From Mobula hypostoma (taxonomy: Eukaryota): DNA of 64,000 bases. The notes beneath the pieces are model-generated. The model worked only from the letters and a program-made list of their open reading frames with translations. It ran no database searches and had not been told where the DNA came from. Positions 51,179-63,210 of this stretch are shown here, in pieces. A program made the translations under genes and the position numbers. Each line of letters starts with the position of its first letter. Within the stretch, counting starts at the first letter, position 1. The stretch spans positions 34,598,001 to 34,662,000 of the forward strand of contig NC_086097.1 in assembly GCF_963921235.1 (NCBI RefSeq). The letters are read 5' to 3'.

Positions 51179-51984
51179 AATAGCAGAATAGGCTTGAGCA
51201 GCTGCACGGTCTATTCCTGTACCTGTCGTCCTGTATCTGTGGTTGTTTTGCTTGGAGTGGAGTAGTGGAAAAGAAAATATGATACAAGTGTCCAAAATTA
51301 TTGAGGATTTTTAAATAGTAGATAAGGAGCAATGATTTACAAAAATTAAACAACTAGTGCAGCAGAGTTAGAGCATTTACCAAAATATGCAGAAACTAAA
51401 TGAGCAGAAAAGAAATGTTGACAGAAATTTGTTATGATCTGCAATGTATGTCTGGTGGGTGCAGATTTTAAAGTAACTTTCAAAACGAAATTGAATAAAT
51501 ACCTAGGAAGGAAATATCCAAAGCTATGAAGAAAAGCAGGGGAGCAGACCCATGTGGAATGAACTTACATGTGTTCAGAAGCCTCCTGTACTCTTTCATT
51601 TTACAATTCTACATGTTGCTCTCCGCAGAACCAAAATGGAGAAAAAAGCTGGCTCTTGTATGCTCTCAAAAGTCCTTGTCATCCATTCCAATGTCTAATG
51701 CACAGACCCGGCCACAAACTCAGACCATTGTTCTTCATGAAGATTTGGGAAGCCAGCAGTTCAGATCAACTTTAACAACAAATTTTCACCATGCTGAAAT
51801 TAAAGTTGGATCAGTTGGGATTTACCCTGTTGAATAACATTCCTATAATTATATGCCACAAGGTTTAGCTTTTCCTGTCAATATTTGGCCTGTTTGTTAA
51901 AAAGCTGCTAACAACTAACTCATTTGAATTTTATCTTTTTGTTTTATGATTGGATCATTGTGGGGATTATCTTCTTTCTGGAAG

Positions 51985-52500
51985 GTTATTCATTCATGGG
52001 TGTCCATTGTAATATCCTGCTGATGCCAGCAATACCAACTCTGATGAACTGATCATGTCTTCTGAATGCCTGACTGAAGTTTCTCCTTTACTCCCAGTTG
52101 AAAGAAGGTCATGTAACCTGGTGGACAAAGGAAACGCTTCAAAGATAACAGTAAAATTGGCCTGAAAAAAATCCAACATTACATCTAAAAAGAGGGAAGG
52201 CATTGCACTCAATAGATGGACCTGGAGGAAATCTGTTGAAGAGGAAGATGTGCTACATGAGAGCGACCTCCGCTGTATCACAGAGAATGAGCAGCAGCTG
52301 CAGAGAGGGTGACTGAACAATCAAAAAACCGAACCACAGCTACCACTTACTCTTGCCCACACCGCACCAGAATACGTGGATCCCGGGTCGACCTCCACAG
52401 TCGCCTGAGGACCCACCAATAGTCAACCCCATAAGAGAACATCGTACTCAATTCGAGTGATCGCACCTCCACTGCTACTAGTACTCTGTCGATGCCAAAG
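51985..52500 (+). mobile_element. RTE-clade LINE 3' remnant
   Basis: GQRKRFKD..., ALNRWTWRKSV and a degenerate terminal zinc finger YSCPHRTRIRGSRVDLHSRLRTHQ*. Confidence 0.65.
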
Positions 52501-52754
52501 ACAACGGTTATGTTGAACTTCACTTTGTTTATGTCAAAGGATATTTTTACTTGCAAAATAGTTAGTATTACATCCAGCCATCCAATAAACAGACCATGTA
52601 ATGTTCAATTCATACAATGTGTAACTCTGAACATCAAGCAATGAATATTAGAGACACCAATAGGACATTGCCAGATATGTACCTCTGCTCAAGATGAACT
52701 CCTATCCCAAAGAGCTTTCATTTTCAGTCCCTAACTAATATAATTAAGTACATG

Positions 52755-53195
52755 TTCAAAGTAAGTTTTATTATCAAAGTACATATATGTCACCATATAC
52801 AACCCTGAGATTCATTTTCCTGTGGGCATACTCAGCAAATCAATAGAATAGTAACTATAACAGGATCAATGAAAGATCAACCAGAGTGCAAGAGACAACA
52901 AAGTGCAAATACATATATAAATAAATAGCAATTAATGTCGAGAACATGTAATAACAAGATAAAGAAAGTGAGATCATTGGTTGTGGGAACATCTCAATGG
53001 TTGGGCAGGTGAATGTAGTTATCCCTTTTGTTCAAGAGCCTGATGGTTGCAGGGTAGCAACTGTTTTTGAACCCAGTGGTGCGAGTCCTGAGGCTCTTGT
53101 ATCTTCTACCTGATGGCAGCAGCAAGAAAAGAGCATGGACTGGGTGGTGTGGATCTCTGATGAAGGATGCTGCTTTCCTACGACAGCATTTCGTA
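52755..53195 (-). mobile_element. Rex1/Babar 3' end
   Basis: CRRKAASFIRDPHHP..LLLPSGRRYKSLRT on the minus strand plus 3' tail. Confidence 0.8.
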
Positions 53196-53196
53196 C

Positions 53197-53540
53197 AGAT
53201 AGAGTGAACGCATGCAGGCTTTTTCCACTGAGGCTAGGGGAGAAAAAAATACCAGAGGACATGGGTTAAGGGTGAAGGGGGAAAAGTTTAAAGGGAACAT
53301 CAAGGGGGCTTCTTCACACAGAGAGTGGTGGGAGTGTGGAGTGAGCTGTCAGATGAAGTGGTAAATACGGGTTCACTTTTAACATTTAAGAAAAACTTGG
53401 ACAGGTACATGGATGAGAGGTGTATAGAAGGATATGGTCCAGGTGCAGGTCAGTGGGACTAGGCAGAAAAATGGTTTGGCACACCCAAGAAGGGCCAAAA
53501 GGCCTGTTTCTGTGCTGTAATGTTCTATGGTTCTATGTAG
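53197..53540 (+). mobile_element. CR1 3' end
   Basis: FFTQRVVGVWSEL and tail gttctatggttctatg. Confidence 0.85.
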
Positions 53541-54115
53541 TATTAATGATAATTCAACTTAGAAAAAGGAAAAGGTTGACACAAAAATATACCAGCCCCC
53601 AACTGTCCTCCATTTTGCTGATTTGGATGAACTACAATATACTTTGAATTTCAATCATAAATGTGACTGCATAGGGGAAAATTGCTTCACTCTGATGCAA
53701 GTAACATTTGCTGTTGCATTTTGGGTTTATTTATGGAATATATCCACAAGGTTTCCAATGTTGAATCTTTAGCTGTACCACTTAAACCTTCTGAAAATCC
53801 TTCCAAGCATGATCGAACTGAATGGATTAGAGGAAGAACTGAAAAGAACTTTGACAAAGGCTTATTGATGGCTTAAATATAATTTAGACATTTATTCTGT
53901 TTGCATGATGAACTTTTCACTGGCGTTTAGTCACACTAATACAGAGTTCCTATAAGGTTATCACATATATTTAATGTGCGTTACGCATAGTATGCAAGCT
54001 CCAAATCCTACAATTTACTTTGCATTTTTTAACATCACACCAAAGGACACAAGTATAAAATATTAAATTACGTAAAGTAGAACAAACCCTGAACAACTAA
54101 TCCGAGCTAACATCA

Positions 54116-54384
54116 CAAACACGAGGAATTCTGCAGATGCTGGAAATTCAAGCAACACACATCAAAGTTGCTGGTGAACGCAGCAGGCCAGGCAGCATCT
54201 CTAGGAAGAGGTACAGTCGACGTTTCAGGCCGAGACCCTTCGTCAGGACTAACTGAAGGAAGAGTGAGTAAGAGATTTGAAAGTGGGAGGGGGAGGGGGA
54301 AATCCAAAATGATAGGAGAAGACAGGAGGGGGAGGGATGGAGCCAAGAGCCGGGCAGGTGATTGGCAAAAGGGATATGAGAAGA
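54116..54384 (-). mobile_element. Solo young Penelope pLTR with hammerhead (54214-54251)
   Basis: Perfect 13-bp flanking duplication cgagctaacatca at 54103-54115 and 54385-54397; near identical to 41319-41580. Confidence 0.93.
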
Positions 54385-57300
54385 CGAGCTAACATCAGAT
54401 TCTTTTATCCAGATTGGTGTTATGTCAAGTTTTTCTTGACTGTGAAGTAGTGGCTGTATGTATTTTACTGATCTGAGCTCTATTTTCCAGTGGTTAATAA
54501 AAGCCCAGTCAAATTTTCCATGTATTAAAATGTATTTATGCTTACATACTGATTTAAAAAATACTGTTCATAAACATAAAACAGAATAGCATGTAGCACT
54601 TTGTTTTTCAAAATGTTCGGAACTTTGTAAAATTTGTTGCTGGTTGGTTGTTTGGGTGTATCTCAAATTTAATTCCAAGTGATACTGTAACAATGGTAGC
54701 CGAGTGATTGTAACGCTCCACCCTGAGATAAAGGGCTCAATTGTCACTTATTAGAATTTCCAAGCTTTTAAACGAAGTTAAATTGATCAGATAAAAGAAG
54801 ACATAATATTATGAATAATTAACTGTGAAAACTGCCACACTTTGATAAAGAGTGAACTGGTTTCCTAATGAGGGAGTTTACTTGTGGCCTGATCAGCACA
54901 TGGTGTCAATTCAGCACACTTAGGAGCTGGATTCAATATTCCCAGGGCAAATAGAATGAGCAATATATTTTGAAGTGTCTTTGTCGCTGGCATTCATGGA
55001 TAAATTTGTATATTGCATTACTTTCAAGGGACTATTGTTTTGTTACAAAGGAAGAAATAATTTGCAGTTTGATGTATTTGATGCATGGCTTTTCTGTTCA
55101 GTTCAGTTTTGTAATTTTGTGTAATTGTAGAAGTTGTATTCTCTACACTATCAAGTTGTTGAAGTGTAACCCTCTCACTGGGCTCATATGCAACTTGGCT
55201 AACAGCCACATGACTCAGCAGTGAGAAGGCCGCCTTTATAACGATATATGTCCAGGGTTGGTACGATTTAAGGTTCAACCAAACAGGAAATTTGGGAAGT
55301 GCCAATTAACAGAATCTTGATTTAAACGAATGCCGTGTAAATACTGCCCATACAGAATTACTGGTTGCCAAGAAATGACGAATCATACACCAGCATTAAA
55401 TTATTTAAAGAAATTATATTTACTAATTTAAGCTTTATCAAACAGTTATTAAGAGAAAGCAAAAAAGAAACAAAAAGGCCCATTACAGTTAAACCAGCCT
55501 AAATGTGCACATGACCGTTGGAGCTAATCTCATGTAAAAGCTGGGTGTAACTGTTACCCATGGCACTGAAATCTCTGGTAGAACCTCCCATCTTGGACTC
55601 CCTTGTCTTGCAAAACACTCCTTGCAATAGCATCTTCCCATCAAATCGAATCCCCGATCCTCTCTTTTCCACATCTCCTGCCAAAAAACCAAGAACCTGA
55701 CCACTGTCCATCACAAATCTCTCTCCACTCAGCTCGCTCTAGGACCTTCTCCCGAACCCCCCATCCTGGTTGACTGACACAGCATTCCTAAATTGAACAA
55801 CATGGCCCCTTATCTTCAGCCGAAACCTAAACATTCTACTAGCAGGACACACTACTTTTACAGAAAATATTAAAATGAAATTCCTCACAGCATAGCAGTA
55901 GAAATCTTAGCCAGGGGATTACAGAAGCATGAAAGTGGTGTTGGGGGGGGTGGGGGGAGCTGGGGGAAGGAGAATGTGGCAGAGCAGTTTCATGGCAAGT
56001 GAACAGTAATTATCTGGATAGAAGAAAGCAAATATTTTAGATTAGGAGGTTTGTAATGTGCACAGCCAGACAATTGTAGCCTGCACTTTGTTGGTATCAT
56101 AGTGGAGCAAAAAAAATCTCAATAAAGGTAGGAAAATCAAAACCTGTGGATCGGTCTACATTTAGTAATAGCTGTAAGAGCATTCATTTTTGTTTTCACC
56201 ACCACCTTATCTACTATCCTCCACCAGGCCTGGGAATGAGGCTAACTGCGGCAGCCTCATCCTCCCCAGACAAAAGGCCAGGAATCAAAAGTGAGAACTT
56301 CCAGATTCGTGGCAACATGTTCTGCATTAAACCACTGACTCATCTGGAAACAATGTACTTTCATGTTAGCAAGAAAGCTAAATCTATCAGAGAAAATTGA
56401 ATACCAACTTAAAAATTGGAATTTGCCATTAAATTCTGCAGAGTGTGTCTATCGCATATTTTGGATCAGGGCAGATCAATAACTTAACTCCACCTGGCCT
56501 TTCAAATTCTACATCATACATAGGAAAAATACATTAATTTCAGTTTTGCAATTTGACCCAAATAGATTCATTGGTAGTAGACATCTGGAACTCATTGTCT
56601 TGTGTAGCGTCATACCTTCTTCATTTGCTGTCTTACATCACCTTCATTCCAAATTTTACTGTTTCCTTTAATTTCTCTCTAGCTACTCAATCAAATTATT
56701 TGATCATAATCAACATTCATAAATATCAGGGGAATCACAGAGATCTGGATTGCAAAAAGTTCCTGATCTCAATTGTAGAATTAGAACTTGTAGAATCCTC
56801 GTGGGTAGAATTAAGAACCTGCAAAGGTAAAAAGACCCTGATGGGAGTTATATACAGACCCCCAAACAGTAGTGAAGATGTGGGCTACAAATTACAATGG
56901 GAGATAGAAAAGGCATGTCTAAAAGGGCAACATTATGATAGTCATGGGGGATTTCATATGCAGGTAGATTGGGAAATTCAGATTGGTGCTGGATCCCAAG
57001 AGAGAGAGAATTTGTAGAATGCTTGCAAGATGGCTTTTTAGAGCAACTTGTAGTTTTACCCAGTAGATCAGCTACTCTGGATCGGGTGTTGTGTAATGAA
57101 GCAGATTTAATTAGAGAGCTTGAGGTAAAGGAACCCTTAAGAGAAAGTGATCATTATATTATAGCATTCATTCTGCCATTTAAGAGGAAGAAGCTAAAGT
57201 CAGATTTATCAGTATTACAGTGGAGTAAAGGGAATTACTGAGGCATGAGAGAAGAGCTGGCCAAAGCCGAGTGGAAGGGGACACTAGCAGTGATGATGGC

Positions 57301-58593
57301 AGAGAAGCAATGGCTGGAGTTTCTGGGAGCAACTCAGAAAGCACAGGCTAAAGACATCCTAAAGAGAAATATTCTAAAGGCAGGCTGACACTACCATGAC
57401 GACAAGGAAAGTCACAGCTAAGATAAAAGCAAAAGAGAAGGCATATAATAGAGCAAAAATTAATAGGAAGTTGGAGAGTTGGAATGCTTTTAAAAACCAA
57501 CAGAAGACAACTAAAAAAAGCCATGGGGGGGGGGAATAGATGAAATATGAAGGAAAGCTAGCCAACAATATCAAAACGGATAGCAAAAGTTTTCAGATAT
57601 ATAAAGAGTAAAAGAGAAGCAAGAATAGATATTGAACCATTGGAAAATAATGCTGGAGAGGTAGTAATGGGGGACAATAAATGGAAGACAAAATGAATAT
57701 GTATTTTGCATCAGTCTTAACTGAGTGCTGGGGGCAGAAGTGAGTGCGGGTTCTATTACTAGGGAGAAGGTGCTTAGGAAATTGAAAGGTCTGAAAGTAG
57801 ATAAGTTGCCTAGACCAGATAACCTACACCCCAGGGTTCTAAAATGGGTTACTGAAGAGATTGTGGAGAGATCTTTCAAGAATCAATAGATTCTGGAATG
57901 GTTCTGGGGGATTGGAAAATTGCAATGTCACGCCACTCTTCAAGAAAGGAGCGAGGCGGGAGAAAGGAAATTATAGGCCAATTAGCTCAATGGTTGGGAA
58001 AATGTTGAAGTAAAGGATGTGGTTTCGGGGTACTTGAAGGCACATGATAAAATAGGCCAAATTCAGCATAGTTTCCTTCAGAGAAAATCTTACCTGACGA
58101 ATCTGTGGAATTCTTTGAGCAGGTTAGACAAATGAGAATCAATGGACGCTGTGTACTTGGATTTTCAGAAGGCCTTTGACAAGTTGCCACACATGAGGCT
58201 GATTAAATGGTAAGGGCCCATGATTCTAGCATAGACAGGGCATTGGTTGATTGGCACGAGGTAAAGAGTAGGAATAAAGGGAGCTTTTTCTGATTGGCTG
58301 CAGGTGACTAGTTTTGTTTCACATTGTAGATCAATGATCTCTATGAATGAACTGGTGGTTTAGTGGCGAAGTTTGCAGACAATACAACGATAGGTGAAGG
58401 GGCAGGTACTGTTGAGGAAGCAGGGAGGCTGCAAAATGATTGGATAGATTGGGAGAATGGGCAAATGAGTAGCAAATAGAATATAGAGTCAGGAAGTGTG
58501 AGGTCATGCACTTTGGTAGAAGGAATAAAAAAACAGACTATTTTCTAAATGGGGAGAAAATACAAAAATCAAAGATGGGAGTCTTTGTGCATA

Positions 58594-60060
58594 CAACATA
58601 CATCAAAGTTGCTGGTGAACGCAGCAGGCCAGGCAGCATCTATGGGAAGAAGCGCAGTCGACGTTTCAGGCCGAGACCCTTCGTCAGGACTAACTGAAGG
58701 AAGAGTGAGTAAGGGATTTGAAAGCTGGAGGGGGAGGGGGAGATGCAAAATGATAGGAGAAGACAGGAGGGGGAGGGATGGAGCCGAGAGCTGGACAGGT
58801 GATAGGCAGAAGGGGATACGAGAGGATCATGGGACAGGAGGTCCGGGAAGAAAGACGGGGGGGGGGGTGACCCAGAGGATGGGCAAGAGGTATATTCAGA
58901 GGGACAGAGGGAGAAAAAGGAGAGTGAGAGAAAGAATGTGTGCATTAAAAAGAGTAACAGATGGGGTACGAGGGGGAGGTGGGGCCTAGCGGAAGTTAGA
59001 GAAGTCAATGTTCATGCCATCAGGTTGGAGGCTACCCATACGGAATATAAGGTGTTGTTCCTCCAACCTGAGTGTGGCTTCATCTTTACAGTAGAGGAGG
59101 CCGTGGATAGACATGTCAGAATGGGAATGGGATGTGGAATTAAAATGTGTGGCCACTGGGAGATCCTGCTTTCTCTGGCGGACAGAGCGTAGATGTTCAG
59201 CAAAGCGGTCTCCCAGTCTGCGTCGGGTCTCACCAATATATAAAAGGCCACATCGGGAGCACCGGATGCAGTATATCACCCCAGTCGACTCACAGGTGAA
59301 GTGATGCCTCACCTGGAAGGACTGTTTGGGGCCCTGAATGGTGGTAAGGGAGGAAGTGTAAGGGCATGTGTAGCACTTGTTCCGCTTACACGGATAAGTG
59401 CCAGGAGGGAGATCAGTGGGGAGGGATGGGGGGGACGAATGGACAAGGGAGTTGTGTAGGGAGCGATCCCTGCGGAATGCAGAGAGAGGGGGGGAGGGAA
59501 AGATATGCTTAGTGGTGGGATCCCGTTGGAGGTGGCGGGAGTTACGGAGAATAATATGTTGGACCCGGAGGCTGGTGGGGTGGTAGGTGAGGACCAGGGG
59601 AACCCTATTCCTAGTGGGGTGGTGGGAGGATGGAGTGAGAGCAGATGTACGTGAAATGGGGGAGATGCGTTTAAGAGCAGAGTTGATAGTGGAGGAAGGG
59701 AAGCCCCTTTCTTTAAAAAATGAAGACATTTCCCTCGTCCTAGAATGAAAAGCCTCATCCTGAGAGCAGATGCGGCGGAGACGGAGGAATTGCGAGAAGG
59801 GGATGGCGTTTTTGCAAGAGACAGGGTGAGAAGAGGAATAGTCCAGATAGTTGTGAGAGTCAGTAGGCTTATAGTAGACATCAGTGGATAAGCTGTCTCC
59901 AGAGACAGAGACAGAAAGATCTAGAAAGGGGAGGGAGGTGTCAGAAATGGACCAGGTAAACTTGAGGGCAGGGTGAAAGTTGGAGGCAAAGTTAATAAAG
60001 TCAACGAGTTCTGCATGCGTGCAGGAAGCAGCGCCAATGCAGTCGTCGATGTAGCGATGT
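58594..60060 (-). mobile_element. Young 5'-truncated Penelope-like element (Neptune-like linker)
   Basis: 14-bp duplication agtctttgtgcata at 58580-58593 and 60061-60074; open RT-GIY-YIG frame; hammerhead at 58655-58692. Confidence 0.96.
58986..60056 (-). CDS. Penelope RT C-terminal half plus GIY-YIG endonuclease (5'-truncated, uninterrupted 356 codons)
   Basis: RYIDDCIG...LPFLDL...VYYKPTDSHNYLDYSSSHP...CKRNKCYTC...VIYCIRCSRCGLLYIGETRRRLGDRFAEH...LQPDGMNIDFSNFR*. Confidence 0.92.
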   Translation of the reverse strand, partial: RYIDDCIGAASCTHAELVDFINFASNFHPALKFTWSISDTSLPFLDLSVSVSGDSLSTDVYYKPTDSHNYLDYSSSHPVSCKNAIPFSQFLRLRRICSQDEAFHSRTREMSSFFKERGFPSSTINSALKRISPISRTSALTPSSHHPTRNRVPLVLTYHPTSLRVQHIILRNSRHLQRDPTTKHIFPSPPLSAFRRDRSLHNSLVHSSPPSLPTDLPPGTYPCKRNKCYTCPYTSSLTTIQGPKQSFQVRHHFTCESTGVIYCIRCSRCGLLYIGETRRRLGDRFAEHLRSVRQRKQDLPVATHFNSTSHSHSDMSIHGLLYCKDEATLRLEEQHLIFRMGSLQPDGMNIDFSNFR

Positions 60061-60429
60061 AGTCTTTGTGCATAATTCCCTAAAGGTTAATTTGTCAGTT
60101 GAGTCTGTGGTGAGGAAGGCAAATGCAATATAAGAAGACGAGAATATAAAAGCGAGGATGAAATGTTGTGACTTTATAAGGCACTGGTGAGGCCCCACTT
60201 GGACTATTATTTGTAGTTTGGGCCCCTTATCTAGAAGAATGAGGGGGGAATCAGAATCTGGTTTAATATGACCAGCATATGTCATGAAATTTGTCTTTGT
60301 GGCAGCAGTACATTGCAATGCATAATAATAAAAACTGAATTACAGTGAGTATGTATGTTCCTGAATCATCGAGTGCGTGCCTTCTGGCTCCTGATGGTAA
60401 CAATGAGAAGAGTGTTTTGGGTGATCCTG

Positions 60430-62198
60430 CAGGGGGATGAGAACTGGGACACTAGTGCTGATGATGGGGTAGTTGGTTTACAAACAAAGGCAATGTGCAG
60501 TGAGACTCCTAGCAAGGAGAGGCTGATGATAGGGCAAAATTGCAATCAACAGGATGAGTTGCAATGTAAAAGATGGCCAAAATCAGAAAAAGTGAATACA
60601 GGACTGAAGGTGTTGTATCTGAATGTGCACAGTATAGGGAATAAAATAGATAAAACTTGTAGCACAGTTACAGGTTGACATGTACAATGTTGTAAGCATC
60701 ACTAAATCATGGCTGAAAGAAGGTAGGTCACCTGGACCAGGTGGTGTACATCTTCCGGTTCTGAAAGAGGTGGCTGAAGAGATTGTGGAGGCATTAGAAA
60801 TGATCCTTCAAGAGTCTCTAAGTTCTGGAATGATTCCAGGGGCTAGAAAATTGCAAATGTCACTCCACTCTTCAAAAAGAGAGGGAGGTAAAAGAAAGGG
60901 AATTTTAGGTCAGTTAGCCTGATTTCAGTGGTAGGGAAGATGTTGGAGCTGATTGTGAAAGATATGGTTTCGGGGTACTTGAAGGCACATGATAAAATAG
61001 GCCAAACTCATCATTGTTTCCTTCAGAGAAAATCTTACCTGACAAATCTGTTGAAATTCTTTGAGGAAATAACAGGCAGAATAGACAAATGAGAATCAAT
61101 AGATGTTGCATACTTGGATTTTCAGAAGGCCTTTGACAAGGTGCCACACACGAGGCTGATTAACATGGTAAGGGCCACTGATTCTAGCATAGACAGATGA
61201 TTGGCACAAGGCAAAGAGTAGGAACAAATGCAGCCTTTTATGATTGGCTGCAGGCGACTAGTGGTGTTCCCCATGTTTGCACGTTGTATGTCAATGATCT
61301 GTATGAATGAATTGGTGGTTTTGTGGCCAAGTTTGCAGACATTACAAATATAGGTGAAAGGGCAGGTACTGTTGAGGAAGCAGAGGGTCTACAGAAGGAC
61401 TTCGACAGAGAATGGACAAAGAAGTGGCAGATAGAATACAGTGTTGGGAAGTTAACCATCATGTGCTTTGGTGGAAGAAATAAAAGCATAGACTATGACA
61501 AAATAAAAAGGGGTGCATGGGACTTGGGAGTCCTCATGCAGTATACCCTAAAGGTTAATTTGCAGGTTGAGTCAGTGGTGAGGAAGGCAAGTGTAATGTT
61601 AGCATTCATTTCAAGAGGATGAAAATATAAAAGCAGGGATGTAATTTTGAGCCTTTATGAAGCTCTAGCAAGGCCTCACTTGGGTTATTGTGAGCAGTTT
61701 TGTGCCCGTTATCTGAGGAAGGATGTGCTGACTCTGGGGAGTGTTCAAAGGAGGGTCACAAAATGATTCTGGGATTGAAAGGCTTATATGAAGATATTAT
61801 TCATTGATATGAAGCACTGGAATTCAGAAGAATGAGGGGTGATTTTATTGAAACCTATTGAATGGTGAAAGGACCTGTGGATGTGGAGAGGATGTTTCCT
61901 ATGGAGGGAGAGACTAGGACCAGAGGACACAGTCTCAGAATAGAGGGGTGACCTTTTAGAACAGAGATGAGGAGGAATTTTTTTTAGCTAGAGAGTGGTG
62001 AAACTGTGAAATTTGTTGTCACTGGCAACTGTGGAGGCCAAGTCTTTATATATACTTCATGCAGAGGTTGATAGATTCTTGAATGGTCAGGGCATGAGGG
62101 ATACAGGGAGAAGACTGAGAGGAAAACAGATCAGTCATGATGGAATGGCAGAGCAGACTCCATAGGCCAAATGGCCTAAATCTGCTCCTATATCTTAT
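60430..62198 (+). mobile_element. Internally deleted CR1 (endonuclease start fused to RT, through the 3' UTR)
   Basis: GLKVLYLNVHSIGNK..ITKSWLKE joins directly to RSPGPGGVHLPVLKEVAEEIV at about 60720. Confidence 0.85.
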
Positions 62199-62204
62199 GC
62201 TCTT

Positions 62205-62800
62205 AAGAAGTCATGTTCTGGGTGATGGGGGTCCTTAATGATGGATGCCACCTTTTTGAGGCACCACTCCTTGAAGACGTCCTGGATGCTATGGAGGCTA
62301 GTGCCCATGATGGAGCTGACTGAGTTCACAGCTTTCTGCAGCTTCTTTCGATCCTGTGCAGTAGACCCCCCTGCCCATACCAGATGGTGATGCGACCTGT
62401 TAGAATGCTCTCCATGGTACATCTGTAGAAATTTGCGAGTGCCTTTAGTGACATTCCTAATCTCCTCAAACTCCTAATTCAATGTAGCCGCCATTGTTTC
62501 TTCTTTGTAACTGCATCAATATGTTGGCCTAGGACAGGTCCTCAGAGATATTGGCACCCAGGAACTTGAAACTGCTCACCCTTTCCACTTCTGATCCCTG
62601 TATGAGGACTGGTGTGTGTTCTCCCAATTAGCCTTTCTGAAGTCCACAATGATGTTGGTCTTAATGATGTTGAGTACGAGGCTGTTGTTGCGACACCACA
62701 CAACTAGTTAGTATAATGTATCCTGCTCCTGAACAGCTTCTTGTCAGCATCTGAAATTCTACCAGTAGTTGTTTCATCGGTGAATTTATACATGGCATCT
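62205..62800 (-). mobile_element. Rex1/Babar RT fragment
   Basis: QDRKKLQKAVNSVSSIMGTSLHSIQDVFKEWCLKKVASIIKDPHHP. Confidence 0.85.
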
Positions 62801-62814
62801 ATGAATTGGCTGAG

Positions 62815-63210
62815 ATGGGAACTCATTGAAACCTATTGAGTGGTGAAAGGCCTGTATAGAGTGGCTGTGGAGAGAATGTTTTCTATTGTGGGTGGGTCTA
62901 GGACCAGAGGACACAGCCTCAGGATAGAGGGGCGTCCTTTTAGAACAGAGATGAGGAGGAATTTCTTTAGCCAGAGTGTGAAGATTCTGTGGAATTCGTT
63001 GCCACAGGCAGCTGTGGAGGCCAGGTCATTGCATGTATTTAAGTTGGGGGTTAATAGGTTCTTGATTAGTCAGGGTGTGAAAGGCTACCAGGTGAAGGCA
63101 GGAGATCAGGATTGAGAGGGAATTGGATCAGCCATGAGGAAATGGTGAAGAAGACTCAATGGGCCGTATGGCCTCATTCTGATTCTATCTATGGTCATTT
63201 GGTCCTATGG
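62815..63210 (+). mobile_element. CR1 3' end
   Basis: TRGHSLRIEGRPFRTEMRRNFFSQ..LWNSLPQ and 3' UTR. Confidence 0.88.

Larger units (their letters stand above)
56785..60250 (+). mobile_element. Decayed CR1 ORF2 interrupted by the Penelope element at 58594-60060
   Basis: LMGVIYRPPNS, FVECLQDGFLEQLV and RT motifs; the CR1 sequence resumes after the duplicated site at 60061. Confidence 0.88.

Noticed and set aside
53682..53876. 64-aa ORF in unique-looking sequence as an exon of a downstream gene
   Set aside because: No recognisable protein similarity on either strand and no phase-compatible partner exons.
55337..55922. Possible solo LTR (TGTAA...TTACA)
   Set aside because: No convincing TSD, PBS or PPT, and no second copy in the window.
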